Positions 9,112 through 17,756 of a stretch of DNA of 64,000 nt are shown here, one piece after another; position 1 is the first letter of the stretch, and each line of letters begins with the position of its first letter. The notes under the pieces were generated by a model. It did no database searches. It was given only the letters and a program-made list of their open reading frames with translations, and had not been told where the DNA came from. Both the position numbers and the translations under genes were made by a program. The stretch is taken from the IMG/VR virus record IMGVR_UViG_3300031669_000001, positions 1-64,000 of that record. One strand, 5' to 3'.

Positions 9112-10367
9112 AAGGTAAATCTTTCCTTGATATTGTCTCTTGTAGGCCCACGGCTTTCCAACACGTAAGGTAATCCAATTTCACGAGCAAGTGAAACTGA
9201 GAAGTTATCCTTTGACGCACGCTTACGCTTTCCATTTGAAATGTAACGACCTACGTCGTCGAGATGATCAACGCAAGTAACGGCTAGCTTTGGGTTTACA
9301 TTGAAGCTAGAACCAAACACAGAATCTTTCAGATCAACAGCGATGCGATGACGTAGTTCATCGACATCCAAGTTACCATAACGGAACTTTCCTTGGAACT
9401 CATTTGTAAAGTTCGTAGTTTCCTTGATTCCTTTGTAAGGCTTTTCCTTCAACTCGTTTTCCATTGGACCAGCGCCGTGACGCGTCAAGTAGGCTCTAGT
9501 TACGTAGTAGACGTCGATCGCGTTGATTCCAGCTTCCTTGCAGATTTCTCTAACGTTTGTCAGACCGGTGAAGGACTTAGTTACGTGAGGGTGATGACCA
9601 TTCACTTGATCTAGACCGAGACCTTGACCGCCTTCAAATATCAACGAGTCATGCTTGCTCAAATTTTTTGTGTGCGTGATGGATATTGACTTTCCGAAGA
9701 GAATGATGTCTTCTAGGAACTTCCAGATCAAATTATCGTCCATCACCCGCTTCAGCATTTCATGAGTGTAGGGAATTCCGAGTTGTTGTAACCGCAGTGG
9801 AACCCACTCTTTGCGAATCAACTGTAATTTGTAGTGAAGCTCATCAGTTTTATCGTAGATTGAGTTGTAGTAAACGTCATCTGCATTCAGCTTGAAGATT
9901 GATTTCAGGTCAAATAGCTTGCCATCATTCGCAGACACCACTTCACAATTATTTCGATCGATGGTGTCTGTGACACCTAGACCGCAACTTCCATGTTTGA
10001 AATGTTTCTCGCGATACTCATTGACCATCATGTCGTATGGTGTAGACACCATCACTCTTGGATCAACGAACATCTTTGGAATCTTAACACCGGCGCTCTC
10101 AAGAACTGTGCGTTCTTTGAGGTAGATCATCGGGTTAGCGACGAAGTACTTGCTCAGGAATGTATCGGCACCATGAAACGTTCCCGATCCAAAGTGACTG
10201 AAGACGTGTCGATGACCGCCTGGTGTTACCACTGTGTGACCAGCCTGGGCACCACCATTGAATCGAACAACCAGCTTAGATTTTTCTCGATGTACAAGAT
10301 AGTCAGTGATGAGACCTTTACCCTCGTCACCATAGTTGGCGCCTATTACTACGTGTACGTTGCTCAT
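9108..10367 (-). CDS. purA: Divergent adenylosuccinate synthetase (PurA)-like ligase
   Basis: GANYGDEGKG, GGAQAGHT, EGGQG, TRHGAGP, SRGP; aspartate loop and TKLD motif diverged. Confidence 0.85.
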   Translation of the reverse strand: MSNVHVVIGANYGDEGKGLITDYLVHREKSKLVVRFNGGAQAGHTVVTPGGHRHVFSHFGSGTFHGADTFLSKYFVANPMIYLKERTVLESAGVKIPKMFVDPRVMVSTPYDMMVNEYREKHFKHGSCGLGVTDTIDRNNCEVVSANDGKLFDLKSIFKLNADDVYYNSIYDKTDELHYKLQLIRKEWVPLRLQQLGIPYTHEMLKRVMDDNLIWKFLEDIILFGKSISITHTKNLSKHDSLIFEGGQGLGLDQVNGHHPHVTKSFTGLTNVREICKEAGINAIDVYYVTRAYLTRHGAGPMENELKEKPYKGIKETTNFTNEFQGKFRYGNLDVDELRHRIAVDLKDSVFGSSFNVNPKLAVTCVDHLDDVGRYISNGKRKRASKDNFSVSLAREIGLPYVLESRGPTRDNIKERFTL

Positions 10368-10552
10368 TTTATCGTCTTCAAAAAGCCTGTTAGCAGGCGT
10401 TCATTGTCATAAGTTCGAGTTGACTGTTTGCGCTTTGGCTTCGCTGCTTCAGCCATCGCTTGCTTTTTCTTCGAACACGCATCATGATTGCCTTTTCGCC
10501 GAGAACGATGGCAAATTTCGCAGATATTTAGATTGTTCGAGTTGAATTGCAT
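10364..10552 (-). CDS. Small basic early protein with CxxC
   Basis: First ORF after early promoter; CEIC...H..C. Confidence 0.55.
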   Translation of the reverse strand: MQFNSNNLNICEICHRSRRKGNHDACSKKKQAMAEAAKPKRKQSTRTYDNERLLTGFLKTIK

Positions 10553-10581
10553 TGTGATTACCTTTTAATTTCGATGGGTTA

Positions 10582-10611
10582 ATTTTATCACAATATGAAT
10601 AAAAAGTAAAC
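10582..10611 (-). promoter_or_regulatory. T4-early-like promoter
   Basis: GTTTAC-18-TAAAAT. Confidence 0.75.
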
Positions 10612-10621
10612 ACTTAAATGA

Positions 10622-10655
10622 AAAAAGAGCAAGAATTTCCATCCTTGCTCTTTTT
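10622..10655. terminator. Intrinsic terminator after vWA gene
   Basis: AAAAAGAGCAAG...CTTGCTCTTTTT inverted repeat with T-tracts on both strands. Confidence 0.8.
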
Positions 10656-10670
10656 GATAGGTGCTACGAT

Positions 10671-11633
10671 TTAAACAGAGGCTTTTGCTTTGACTTTCTT
10701 CTTGTCGAAGCGAACTACTCCGCCGCGCTTCACTGCAACGTCTGTAGAGCTCGACATGCCAGCGACTGCTTTCGCTACCACGACCGAGGTATCTCCAGAC
10801 CAGGTAGCTGCAACCACTGCAGCCGATGATCCTTCGACCACTTGAATCGCCGATACGATCACTTCAGACAGCTTGGTATAATCTGCCAGAGGCAGAACGC
10901 GTTCAGCTCCGATCAAGTTGTTCCAGGATTTGATGACGGAATCTCTTCCATACATACAACCATTTCCTTGTTCAATCACAACGTGGAAGATGTGGTACAT
11001 CTTCGAAGCCATCGCGAACAGTTCCTTCGAGCTGATGAAATCAGGAACGTCATCACCGATGAACCTTTTGATCTGTGCAGGATTCAGACCAGGCGGTGCA
11101 GGTTCATCGCCTACTGTGAACAGATAACCCTTCTTGCCGCGCTTTTCGAAGCAATCGATAGAAGTGTGTTGAGCTGCGAAGTACCATGGCAGATCATACG
11201 ATTCGAAGTTATTGCCGCCGCCACGACCTTCCAAGAAGATGTCTGTCAGCTGTTCGATGATTCGATTGTCTGCCTCAAACTGAGACACCTGCAGCGGGTA
11301 ATTGTCACAGTAAGCATCACCATTGGCCATGAACATCAGGTGTGGATCAGATACAGGTTTGCGATCCAGAATTTCATTGAACAGAACACCCAGGCCTTCG
11401 CGAGCGATACTTTCAGCGATCATACCCATGGATCCAGTAACGTCCAAGGTGACGATGATGGCTGTAGAATTTGGATTGTCAACTGAATCGCGAGATTCAC
11501 GGACTGCAACGTTCAACGGGCTCAGGTGATCTTTGGCTGCGCTTTTGGTTGCAAAAATTTTATCGGCGGACTTACCGACGGTGCTTCTAGAGTATGAGTC
11601 CCAGTCCTTGGAACTCCAGCTGCCTCCACCCAT
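10671..11633 (-). CDS. von Willebrand factor A (vWA) domain protein
   Basis: MIDAS DVTGSM, GDA..D, EG.GGGN..ESY, TVGDE. Confidence 0.8.
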   Translation of the reverse strand: MGGGSWSSKDWDSYSRSTVGKSADKIFATKSAAKDHLSPLNVAVRESRDSVDNPNSTAIIVTLDVTGSMGMIAESIAREGLGVLFNEILDRKPVSDPHLMFMANGDAYCDNYPLQVSQFEADNRIIEQLTDIFLEGRGGGNNFESYDLPWYFAAQHTSIDCFEKRGKKGYLFTVGDEPAPPGLNPAQIKRFIGDDVPDFISSKELFAMASKMYHIFHVVIEQGNGCMYGRDSVIKSWNNLIGAERVLPLADYTKLSEVIVSAIQVVEGSSAAVVAATWSGDTSVVVAKAVAGMSSSTDVAVKRGGVVRFDKKKVKAKASV

Positions 11634-11634
11634 T

Positions 11635-11982
11635 TTAGTTCTCCTTTTTAAAGATAAAGTATGATGATTCTGTTTCGTAATAAGGTTGTTTTAAATACTG
11701 CACTTTCCAACCTGCCGTTTCAAAGAGTGGTTCAACGTCGAGCCAACCTTTGTTGTATGCATCTACATCTCCAAACTCTTCCTTATGAGCTTCAATGTAA
11801 GATTGAATCTGTTTGTAGACAGTCGTCTGTTTCACCTCGGCGTAATTGCTAGTTGAATTAAAATTCTTGGCGATTTCCGCGTTGAAGATTCCAATTACAA
11901 AGTATGGAATCTTCTGAGCCTTTTCCAACTTAATCTGACGCTTAAAGCTCAGTACTTCATCAGGTCCTATCGGTTCCATCAT
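11635..11982 (-). CDS. Hypothetical protein
   Basis: Operon packing between J-domain and vWA genes. Confidence 0.65.
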   Translation of the reverse strand: MMEPIGPDEVLSFKRQIKLEKAQKIPYFVIGIFNAEIAKNFNSTSNYAEVKQTTVYKQIQSYIEAHKEEFGDVDAYNKGWLDVEPLFETAGWKVQYLKQPYYETESSYFIFKKEN

Positions 11983-13070
11983 TTGCTCCCATAAAGATCA
12001 TCTGCGGTCAACTTCAAATCCACGAACCTCCGAGGACCAAAGCTGTCTATTACTGTCTTGGTGTGCCAAGTCTTGTACTCTTCGTAGGCATCACCTTTGC
12101 TCATAGTTCTCAACCAACTTATCAGTTGAGGTGGAATGCTCTTGTTCATGAGCAGCTTTGAGCCTACGATGTCACCAAGTAACTGTCTAGCGGTAGCGTG
12201 AAGAAGTTCCAGATCGATTTTTGGATCAGCTTTTTGAGCATCCAGAACATCTTCTGGTGAAAATTCTACAGCTACTCCAGGTAACGCGTCAAGCGGTTTC
12301 CCTATCTCTCGAGCATACCACCAACCACCAAGCAGGTGAACAGTGTGTTCTCCTGGTGAGATCAGACAGGAATCTACTGTGATTCCAGCGTGCATCAAAT
12401 TTGCATACTTTAGATAGCAGCAGATGCTATACAGACGGCTGATCATCCAAGCAACATGCTTTGGATCAACCTCGCCGTTGAAGTGAGAGAGAACATCGCT
12501 CATCAACAATTGGTCAGGAGTCTTCTTGATCAGCATCACCAAGCGCTCGTCAGTGACCAACTCAGAATGAATTTCAGGCAACAGCTTCTTTACCTCATTC
12601 TTCATCTTGTCATCTGCAAACTTGAAGTTCTTGATGATGCGTTGAGCGTTCTTGTAGAGGTCTTCATTGTCCTTGTACAGAGAGTACGCAACGACGGTAT
12701 CACCGACGTAGATGTCTCCTAGCTCGAATGCTCTGGTGGCTTTGTACTTCAATTTGAATTTTTTGCCATCCACAGTTTTGAATACAATGACTCCTGGAGT
12801 GACCCAGGTGTCTGTGGCGAGTCTGAAGACGGCGAGATTATAGACTACATTAACGTGCGCCATAACGTCTTCATCGACCATTGGGTTCTGATCGGGGTGC
12901 CAGGCGGAGACGAGTTTACGATACTCTACCTTGGCGACTTCAGTGTCGGCGGTGAACAATTGTTCAGGTTGGTCTACAGGGATGGCTAAGATGTCATCGG
13001 CTGTGAGCGTTGAGATGTCTTTCATCACTTCCTCACTTTGTAAAGGCTCTTGAAGAAACTCCTTCTTCAA
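11979..13070 (-). CDS. J-domain plus degenerate protein-kinase-like fold protein (likely start 13025)
   Basis: YRKLVSAWHPDQN J-domain motif; kinase C-lobe-like region with HAG in place of HRD and GGW in place of DFG. Confidence 0.7.
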   Translation of the reverse strand: MKKEFLQEPLQSEEVMKDISTLTADDILAIPVDQPEQLFTADTEVAKVEYRKLVSAWHPDQNPMVDEDVMAHVNVVYNLAVFRLATDTWVTPGVIVFKTVDGKKFKLKYKATRAFELGDIYVGDTVVAYSLYKDNEDLYKNAQRIIKNFKFADDKMKNEVKKLLPEIHSELVTDERLVMLIKKTPDQLLMSDVLSHFNGEVDPKHVAWMISRLYSICCYLKYANLMHAGITVDSCLISPGEHTVHLLGGWWYAREIGKPLDALPGVAVEFSPEDVLDAQKADPKIDLELLHATARQLLGDIVGSKLLMNKSIPPQLISWLRTMSKGDAYEEYKTWHTKTVIDSFGPRRFVDLKLTADDLYGSK

Positions 13071-13083
13071 GATAGTATTTATC
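13048..13083 (-). promoter_or_regulatory. Late-like box GATAAATA followed by 10-bp hairpin with GGAG loop
   Basis: TCTTGAAGAA-GGAGT-TTCTTCAAGA directly after GATAAATA. Confidence 0.5.
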
Positions 13084-13122
13084 TATGGAAAGATTATAAT
13101 CCAATTTTTGATGAATGTACAA

Positions 13123-13266
13123 TTATTTGTTGCAACCTTGAGAAGTAGCAGCGGTGCCGACTTTACCATGCCCAGTAAGAACGGGGATAGTTACAGCGGC
13201 AATGATTCCGATGATTGCAATGACGATCATCAGTTCTGTCAAGGTAAAACCTTTAGTTGCTTTCAT
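13123..13266 (-). CDS. Mini type IV pilin-like peptide 1 (47 aa; not in ORF track)
   Basis: GGAG SD; MKATKG/FTLTELMIVIAIIGIIAAVTIPVLTGHGKVGTAATSQGCNK; prepilin cleavage site, E5, G14, P22. Confidence 0.85.
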   Translation of the reverse strand: MKATKGFTLTELMIVIAIIGIIAAVTIPVLTGHGKVGTAATSQGCNK

Positions 13267-13324
13267 TTCATTCTCCTTAGTATATTCACAATCAGGCGCC
13301 GAGCAGCCACATAGTGGACAATGG

Positions 13325-13465
13325 CTAGAACTTCAAGTGTTGTGTTTGATTCATTGGGATGATCTTGTCATGTTTCAAAAACGGAGTGACGAGAGCGGTG
13401 ATGATGATCAGAATTGCGACAACGATCAACATCTCGATTACTGTAAAGCCTTTGTTTGCTTTCAT
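13325..13465 (-). CDS. Mini type IV pilin-like peptide 2 (46 aa; not in ORF track)
   Basis: AAGGAG SD; MKANKG/FTVIEMLIVVAILIIITALVTPFLKHDKIIPMNQTQHLKF; E5, P22. Confidence 0.85.
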   Translation of the reverse strand: MKANKGFTVIEMLIVVAILIIITALVTPFLKHDKIIPMNQTQHLKF

Positions 13466-13466
13466 G

Positions 13467-13742
13467 TTAACTCCTTGGTACTTCAACTAACTGGAAAATT
13501 TTCCATTTGCGATCTGGGGCTTTTGACTTGACATACTTGAGAAACTTATTCGCTGATGACCAAGTCCCATAATGAACTTCGTTACCATAGGCGTACACTC
13601 CGATAGCACCAGAATCTTTCACCCAATAGTGACCGACAGAGTAGTTGAATGACTTTTCTTCTTCTTTAGGCTTTGCTTTCTTCTTTGTCTTCTCGGTCTG
13701 ATCGATAGCTTCTTCAAGAGCCTTTATTCCGTCACTCATCAT
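13467..13742 (-). CDS. Hypothetical protein
   Basis: Operon packing. Confidence 0.65.
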   Translation of the reverse strand: MMSDGIKALEEAIDQTEKTKKKAKPKEEEKSFNYSVGHYWVKDSGAIGVYAYGNEVHYGTWSSANKFLKYVKSKAPDRKWKIFQLVEVPRS

Positions 13743-13751
13743 TTTCCCCGA

Positions 13752-14000
13752 TCAATAGTTGAAGTTTCTGCGCTCATCAAGTTGAGCTTGCATTGGCTTT
13801 GCGAGGTTATAAACCTCCATTACGTTCTGCATGTTGTTGCCATTACGAACAGAAACTTCATAACGAGGGTCTTGACCTGGCATGATGTAGACGGGATAAT
13901 CATCCCAGTCAAAAGTGTCCACCATCACCACCATGTGGGTTGCCTGAATCTCAACACCCTTTTCAAACCACTCTTTAATGTCTTCTCTAGTTGCTGCCAT
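13752..14000 (-). CDS. Hypothetical protein
   Basis: GGAG SD, operon packing. Confidence 0.7.
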   Translation of the reverse strand: MAATREDIKEWFEKGVEIQATHMVVMVDTFDWDDYPVYIMPGQDPRYEVSVRNGNNMQNVMEVYNLAKPMQAQLDERRNFNY

Positions 14001-14009
14001 ATCTTTCTC

Positions 14010-14276
14010 CTAAATTGGGATACCTTTATCCCAATTATCTGCGCTTGCAATTTCCTGATACTCTCGCGATTCTCCTAAAATCTCTATTTGAATCACTTCG
14101 CCTTTGCTCGTAGTAAACTCTGTGATGTCCAATGGGCTTCCAGTTAAAGCGCGCACCATCTGATCGATGATCCAAGCATTTTGCCCCAGCGTAGTCTCAA
14201 CGTTCGCGTACCGCTTGGCAATGTTGAGAGCATGAACAGCTGGAATAGGGTCCCAACAGGGATTCCTTATGAGCAT
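14010..14276 (-). CDS. Hypothetical protein
   Basis: Operon packing. Confidence 0.6.
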   Translation of the reverse strand: MLIRNPCWDPIPAVHALNIAKRYANVETTLGQNAWIIDQMVRALTGSPLDITEFTTSKGEVIQIEILGESREYQEIASADNWDKGIPI

Positions 14277-14277
14277 C

Positions 14278-14625
14278 TTACTTTACGATTTCAACTTTTG
14301 TGATCATGCGGCCAGATGACGTACAGAACGCTACACGCTTTGCATCGTATGTCAGCTTGACGAGTTCGCCTGTTTCATTTGCGCGCAGAAGAATCTTCAG
14401 GTCAGCAGGATTGATCACGTTGGCGTAGATGTCTTGAGTAGACATCGAACCTGTTCCATTGCGCATCACACCAAGGCTGAGATCGATGTCGATGTAGTTA
14501 TCACAAAACATTGGAGTGTTGTGAACGACGCGCTTTACTTGACCTACGACTTCTACGTCACGAGCTTGATAACCACAAGCTGTAAGGCTCATTGCGATTG
14601 CTATAACTGCTAAAATCTTTTTCAA
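14278..14625 (-). CDS. Putative lipoprotein
   Basis: MKKILAVIAIAMSLTAC lipobox; TTG start with GGAG SD. Confidence 0.75.
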   Translation of the reverse strand: MKKILAVIAIAMSLTACGYQARDVEVVGQVKRVVHNTPMFCDNYIDIDLSLGVMRNGTGSMSTQDIYANVINPADLKILLRANETGELVKLTYDAKRVAFCTSSGRMITKVEIVK

Positions 14626-14635
14626 AATATTCTCC

Positions 14636-14989
14636 TTAAATGCTCAATGCTCTTTGAATTTGAATAGCCTTGTCGCGACGACCTGCGTCAAAGAATTCTT
14701 CTTGTGATTCCCGAATCTTGCGCTTCAGAACCTTGACGTCAATGTTACGCAAAGCTGTTGAGTTAACCCACTCGTTAATCAGTACAGCTTCAACTTTATC
14801 TTTGATCATCGCATTCAATTCCTGACCTTCAGGCGAAGACTTGAAGATCGTCATTCCGATTTTCAAGATGCAATCAGATATCCAGTATGATGTGGAGTTT
14901 TGAGAGATCGAGTGATCGCCTTCAATGTGAAAAACCTTACATGCGCTGCATTGCCGATCACCCGTTCCAATTACAACGTCATCCCACAT
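14636..14989 (-). CDS. Hypothetical protein
   Basis: Operon packing. Confidence 0.6.
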   Translation of the reverse strand: MWDDVVIGTGDRQCSACKVFHIEGDHSISQNSTSYWISDCILKIGMTIFKSSPEGQELNAMIKDKVEAVLINEWVNSTALRNIDVKVLKRKIRESQEEFFDAGRRDKAIQIQRALSI

Positions 14990-15185
14990 TAGATTATCCT
15001 CTCATTTATCATGCCGCACTTGCTACAAGTCCGACGCTGTCTCTCTATACAGTTGTTATCGTTTTTACTATCTCTCCCCAAACAGACCACTTATGTCCCC
15101 AAGCACAAGGATCATTCCTAGTAGCAAAGTAGATTATGATCGTGACAAAAGCGACAAAAATTGAAATGAAAATTATTGCAGTCAT
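14989..15185 (-). pseudogene. Small membrane-anchored Zn-ribbon protein interrupted by a 1-nt frameshift
   Basis: TM then CAWGHKW in frame 0, stopping at TAG; -1 frame after the A5 run continues ERQRRTCSKCG. Confidence 0.5.
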
Positions 15186-15194
15186 ATATTTCTC

Positions 15195-16631
15195 CTATTT
15201 GTCATCCCTCAGGCAGGTAAAGAATGGGAAACGCAGAGCGTAGGTGTCAGAGTTTTCAGCCAGGGATAGTTCTTGACATTCGATAGTGCAGGTCTCGCCG
15301 ATAAACTTGTCTTGGTTGTTCCAAGCGTAGGTGCGGAAGAACTCATCGTTAGATACTCCGCTTGCCAGGATAGCTGCGATGTCGATCTTGTTGGCTTTTG
15401 CGAACTTCGCCAACCAAGCTTTGTAGTTCTTGTGGCTGACCTTGATGCCGCCGCAACGAGACTTGATCTTGTTACCATTTTCGTCCTTGCCTTCAACGAA
15501 GAAGCCACCGAGACGGCCTTCATTCTTGGTACCGGCGCGGCCTTCGAAGCAACCAACGATCTTGACGTCCACGTCGATGACAGGCTTCCACTTCGACCAA
15601 GTAGCTGTACGCTTCTTGTTGTTCCATTCATACTTGCCGCTGAGGTACTTGATGATCAGACCTTCATCTTGACCAGCGATACCGAGCTCAGTAACTTCGG
15701 CGTAGAATTCTTGGGCTTCTGCCAAGTTTTTCAAGATGCGATACTTTGACTTCACGATTGTGGTCAGGTTGAGCTTCTTGATTACCTTTTCAAGATCACC
15801 AGATCGTGCATATTGAGGCTTAGGGCAGCTTTGAGCTTCCCATTCAGTGAGAGTCATCGTGTCGAATACGTAGAAGCGCATTCCAGATTTGTCACCTTTG
15901 GAACCTTTTGCTTTCGCTGTAGCAGACATTCCACCATCAGCCAAAGCTTCACCATCGACGATGATAGGTTGACCAACTTCTTGTTCCATCTTGATGAGTT
16001 CATCATCGAACAAACCATTCCATTGATCTGCAGATTTGCCGGAGCGAGACAGGTACTCGACTTCACCGTTCTGAACCTTTGCAACCAAGCGCATACCGTC
16101 ATATTTGACTTCGCCCATGCACGGGAATTCCCAACGATATTTTGGGTAAACGATTTCACCCTTTGCGTTCTTACGATGCTCGATCTTTTCGCAGAGCATC
16201 AACTCGAAGCCAGGAATCTTCAACTGAGGGTAAACTTTTTCGAAGGTGTTGGTGTTACCACCGCACTTCAGGTCTTTCAGGAGGACACGTTCGAGGACGG
16301 AAGCAGTACGTTCATCGTACAGTCCGAGGACGGCAGTTACTGCATTCTTTGCAGCGTTGCCAGTCAGAACTCGATCATTAAGTTGGTCTAGGAGTTCGAA
16401 GAAGAGCTTGAAAGAACCATTGCGTCCATCCAAGTTGCCGAATGCCTGTGGTTGTTCCCACTTGCGAATACCAAAGACACGATAAGGATTTTCAGTTTCC
16501 AGCAACAGACGAACACCGTCTGCATCCAGGCCGGAAAGTGCTTCGAATTTTTCTTTCTTCGTTGAAATCTTTTCAGCTGTAAGAATTGCATCTGCGAAGG
16601 ACTTTGCCATTGATAATCTCCTGTTTTCCAA
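15195..16631 (-). CDS. ATP-dependent DNA ligase (likely start 16610)
   Basis: EVKYDGMR, SRSG, DGE, FDT, EGLIIK, KWKP, OB domain LRFP. Confidence 0.95.
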   Translation of the reverse strand: MENRRLSMAKSFADAILTAEKISTKKEKFEALSGLDADGVRLLLETENPYRVFGIRKWEQPQAFGNLDGRNGSFKLFFELLDQLNDRVLTGNAAKNAVTAVLGLYDERTASVLERVLLKDLKCGGNTNTFEKVYPQLKIPGFELMLCEKIEHRKNAKGEIVYPKYRWEFPCMGEVKYDGMRLVAKVQNGEVEYLSRSGKSADQWNGLFDDELIKMEQEVGQPIIVDGEALADGGMSATAKAKGSKGDKSGMRFYVFDTMTLTEWEAQSCPKPQYARSGDLEKVIKKLNLTTIVKSKYRILKNLAEAQEFYAEVTELGIAGQDEGLIIKYLSGKYEWNNKKRTATWSKWKPVIDVDVKIVGCFEGRAGTKNEGRLGGFFVEGKDENGNKIKSRCGGIKVSHKNYKAWLAKFAKANKIDIAAILASGVSNDEFFRTYAWNNQDKFIGETCTIECQELSLAENSDTYALRFPFFTCLRDDK

Positions 16632-16638
16632 TAAGGTA

Positions 16639-16667
16639 ATTATAACACAGCAGCGATAGAAGTAAAC
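16639..16667 (-). promoter_or_regulatory. T4-early-like promoter
   Basis: GTTTAC-17-TATAAT. Confidence 0.8.
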
Positions 16668-16669
16668 AC

Positions 16670-16954
16670 TTATTTTGGGATCGTGCTCTTTTCATGCTCT
16701 TCAAGAGAAGATAGGAACATCTGTAGCATCTGAAGTTTTGACTTGACACTTTGAAGAGACGTGTGAGCTCGATCATAATCAAGAACACCATCCGGGTACG
16801 CAAAATCAGCGCTAGTTGTCATTGAATCTACAGTTTTCTTCAAGAATTTGACGGTGTCCAGCGACACTTGTGTTTCGATGTTCATGTTATTCTCCATTTG
16901 GGTTGAGTTCGTCAAGATACTTGTTAACAATTCTGATGTACCTGCGAAGGTCAT
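16670..16954 (-). CDS. Hypothetical protein
   Basis: ORF with internal GGAG-ATG start. Confidence 0.55.
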   Translation of the reverse strand: MTFAGTSELLTSILTNSTQMENNMNIETQVSLDTVKFLKKTVDSMTTSADFAYPDGVLDYDRAHTSLQSVKSKLQMLQMFLSSLEEHEKSTIPK

Positions 16955-16975
16955 CAGAAATCAAAGCTGGATAGG

Positions 16976-17392
16976 TCATCGTGAACGGTGCCCCGCTGGA
17001 AAGTGAACAGGCAACGCTTTACCTTCCTTCTTCTTAAATTTTTGAACCTTGTGACGAATGTGAGGGAGATAGTGATTACCCCTGTTCATCACGGTGACGA
17101 TGTAGCGACCACTGGGATTTGAGATCCCGACGAAGACGTTGTCGTCACGAACGAACAGCGTGTAGCAATTATCAAATCCATACTTCTCACCGAGCATCGT
17201 CATGAAGATGCTATTGTTCAGGAAGCTTTTTTCTTCCTTTGATTCCGCCATTAGCTTGTAGGCTTCCTTCAGCCGTAAAGCTGGCGGTAGCGCTTCTACT
17301 TTTGTAGAAAATTCATGATTGCGTTCACAAAGCCGTTCAACGGCATGTTTTGTTAAGATGTAGTCAAGCGATTTAGACATTCTTACCTCCAC
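16976..17392 (-). CDS. Hypothetical protein
   Basis: LTKHAVERLCER N-terminus; operon packing. Confidence 0.6.
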   Translation of the reverse strand: MEVRMSKSLDYILTKHAVERLCERNHEFSTKVEALPPALRLKEAYKLMAESKEEKSFLNNSIFMTMLGEKYGFDNCYTLFVRDDNVFVGISNPSGRYIVTVMNRGNHYLPHIRHKVQKFKKKEGKALPVHFPAGHRSR

Positions 17393-17756
17393 GAAGCGCT
17401 TGCAATCTCTTCTCAGCTAACTCAGCTAACTCACGAGCCCTTTCTGACTGTGCGATTGCTGCTTTCAGACGCTGAACCGTTTTCTTTTCTGTGGCGATCC
17501 GCTTTCTTTTATTGGCTTCACCTTTTATCTGAGACAGCGGTGTCTTCTTGATGACTGACATTGAACCGTCATCCTCATTAATGTCATACTCAATAAGGAT
17601 TAAATTGCTCATGTCTCGACCATAGTTTGCATAGTTTAGGTGACAGCTAACGTGACCAAGTGCAGACCACATCTTTCCCTTCTTTGAAAAATTACAGCGT
17701 TCTCCGCCACAGGAAAATAATTTGTCGGTATTTCTTTGAATCTTGAAGATCTTCAC
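17373..17756 (-). CDS. Hypothetical protein
   Basis: Operon packing, coiled-coil tail. Confidence 0.6.
   Translation of the reverse strand: MKIFKIQRNTDKLFSCGGERCNFSKKGKMWSALGHVSCHLNYANYGRDMSNLILIEYDINEDDGSMSVIKKTPLSQIKGEANKRKRIATEKKTVQRLKAAIAQSERARELAELAEKRLQALRGGKNV

Noticed and set aside
9108-10367. PurZ / 2-aminoadenine (Z-genome) pathway
   Set aside because: Catalytic Asp is retained (GDEGKG rather than GSTGKG/GSxxKG), and no DatZ- or MazZ-like neighbours were recognised.
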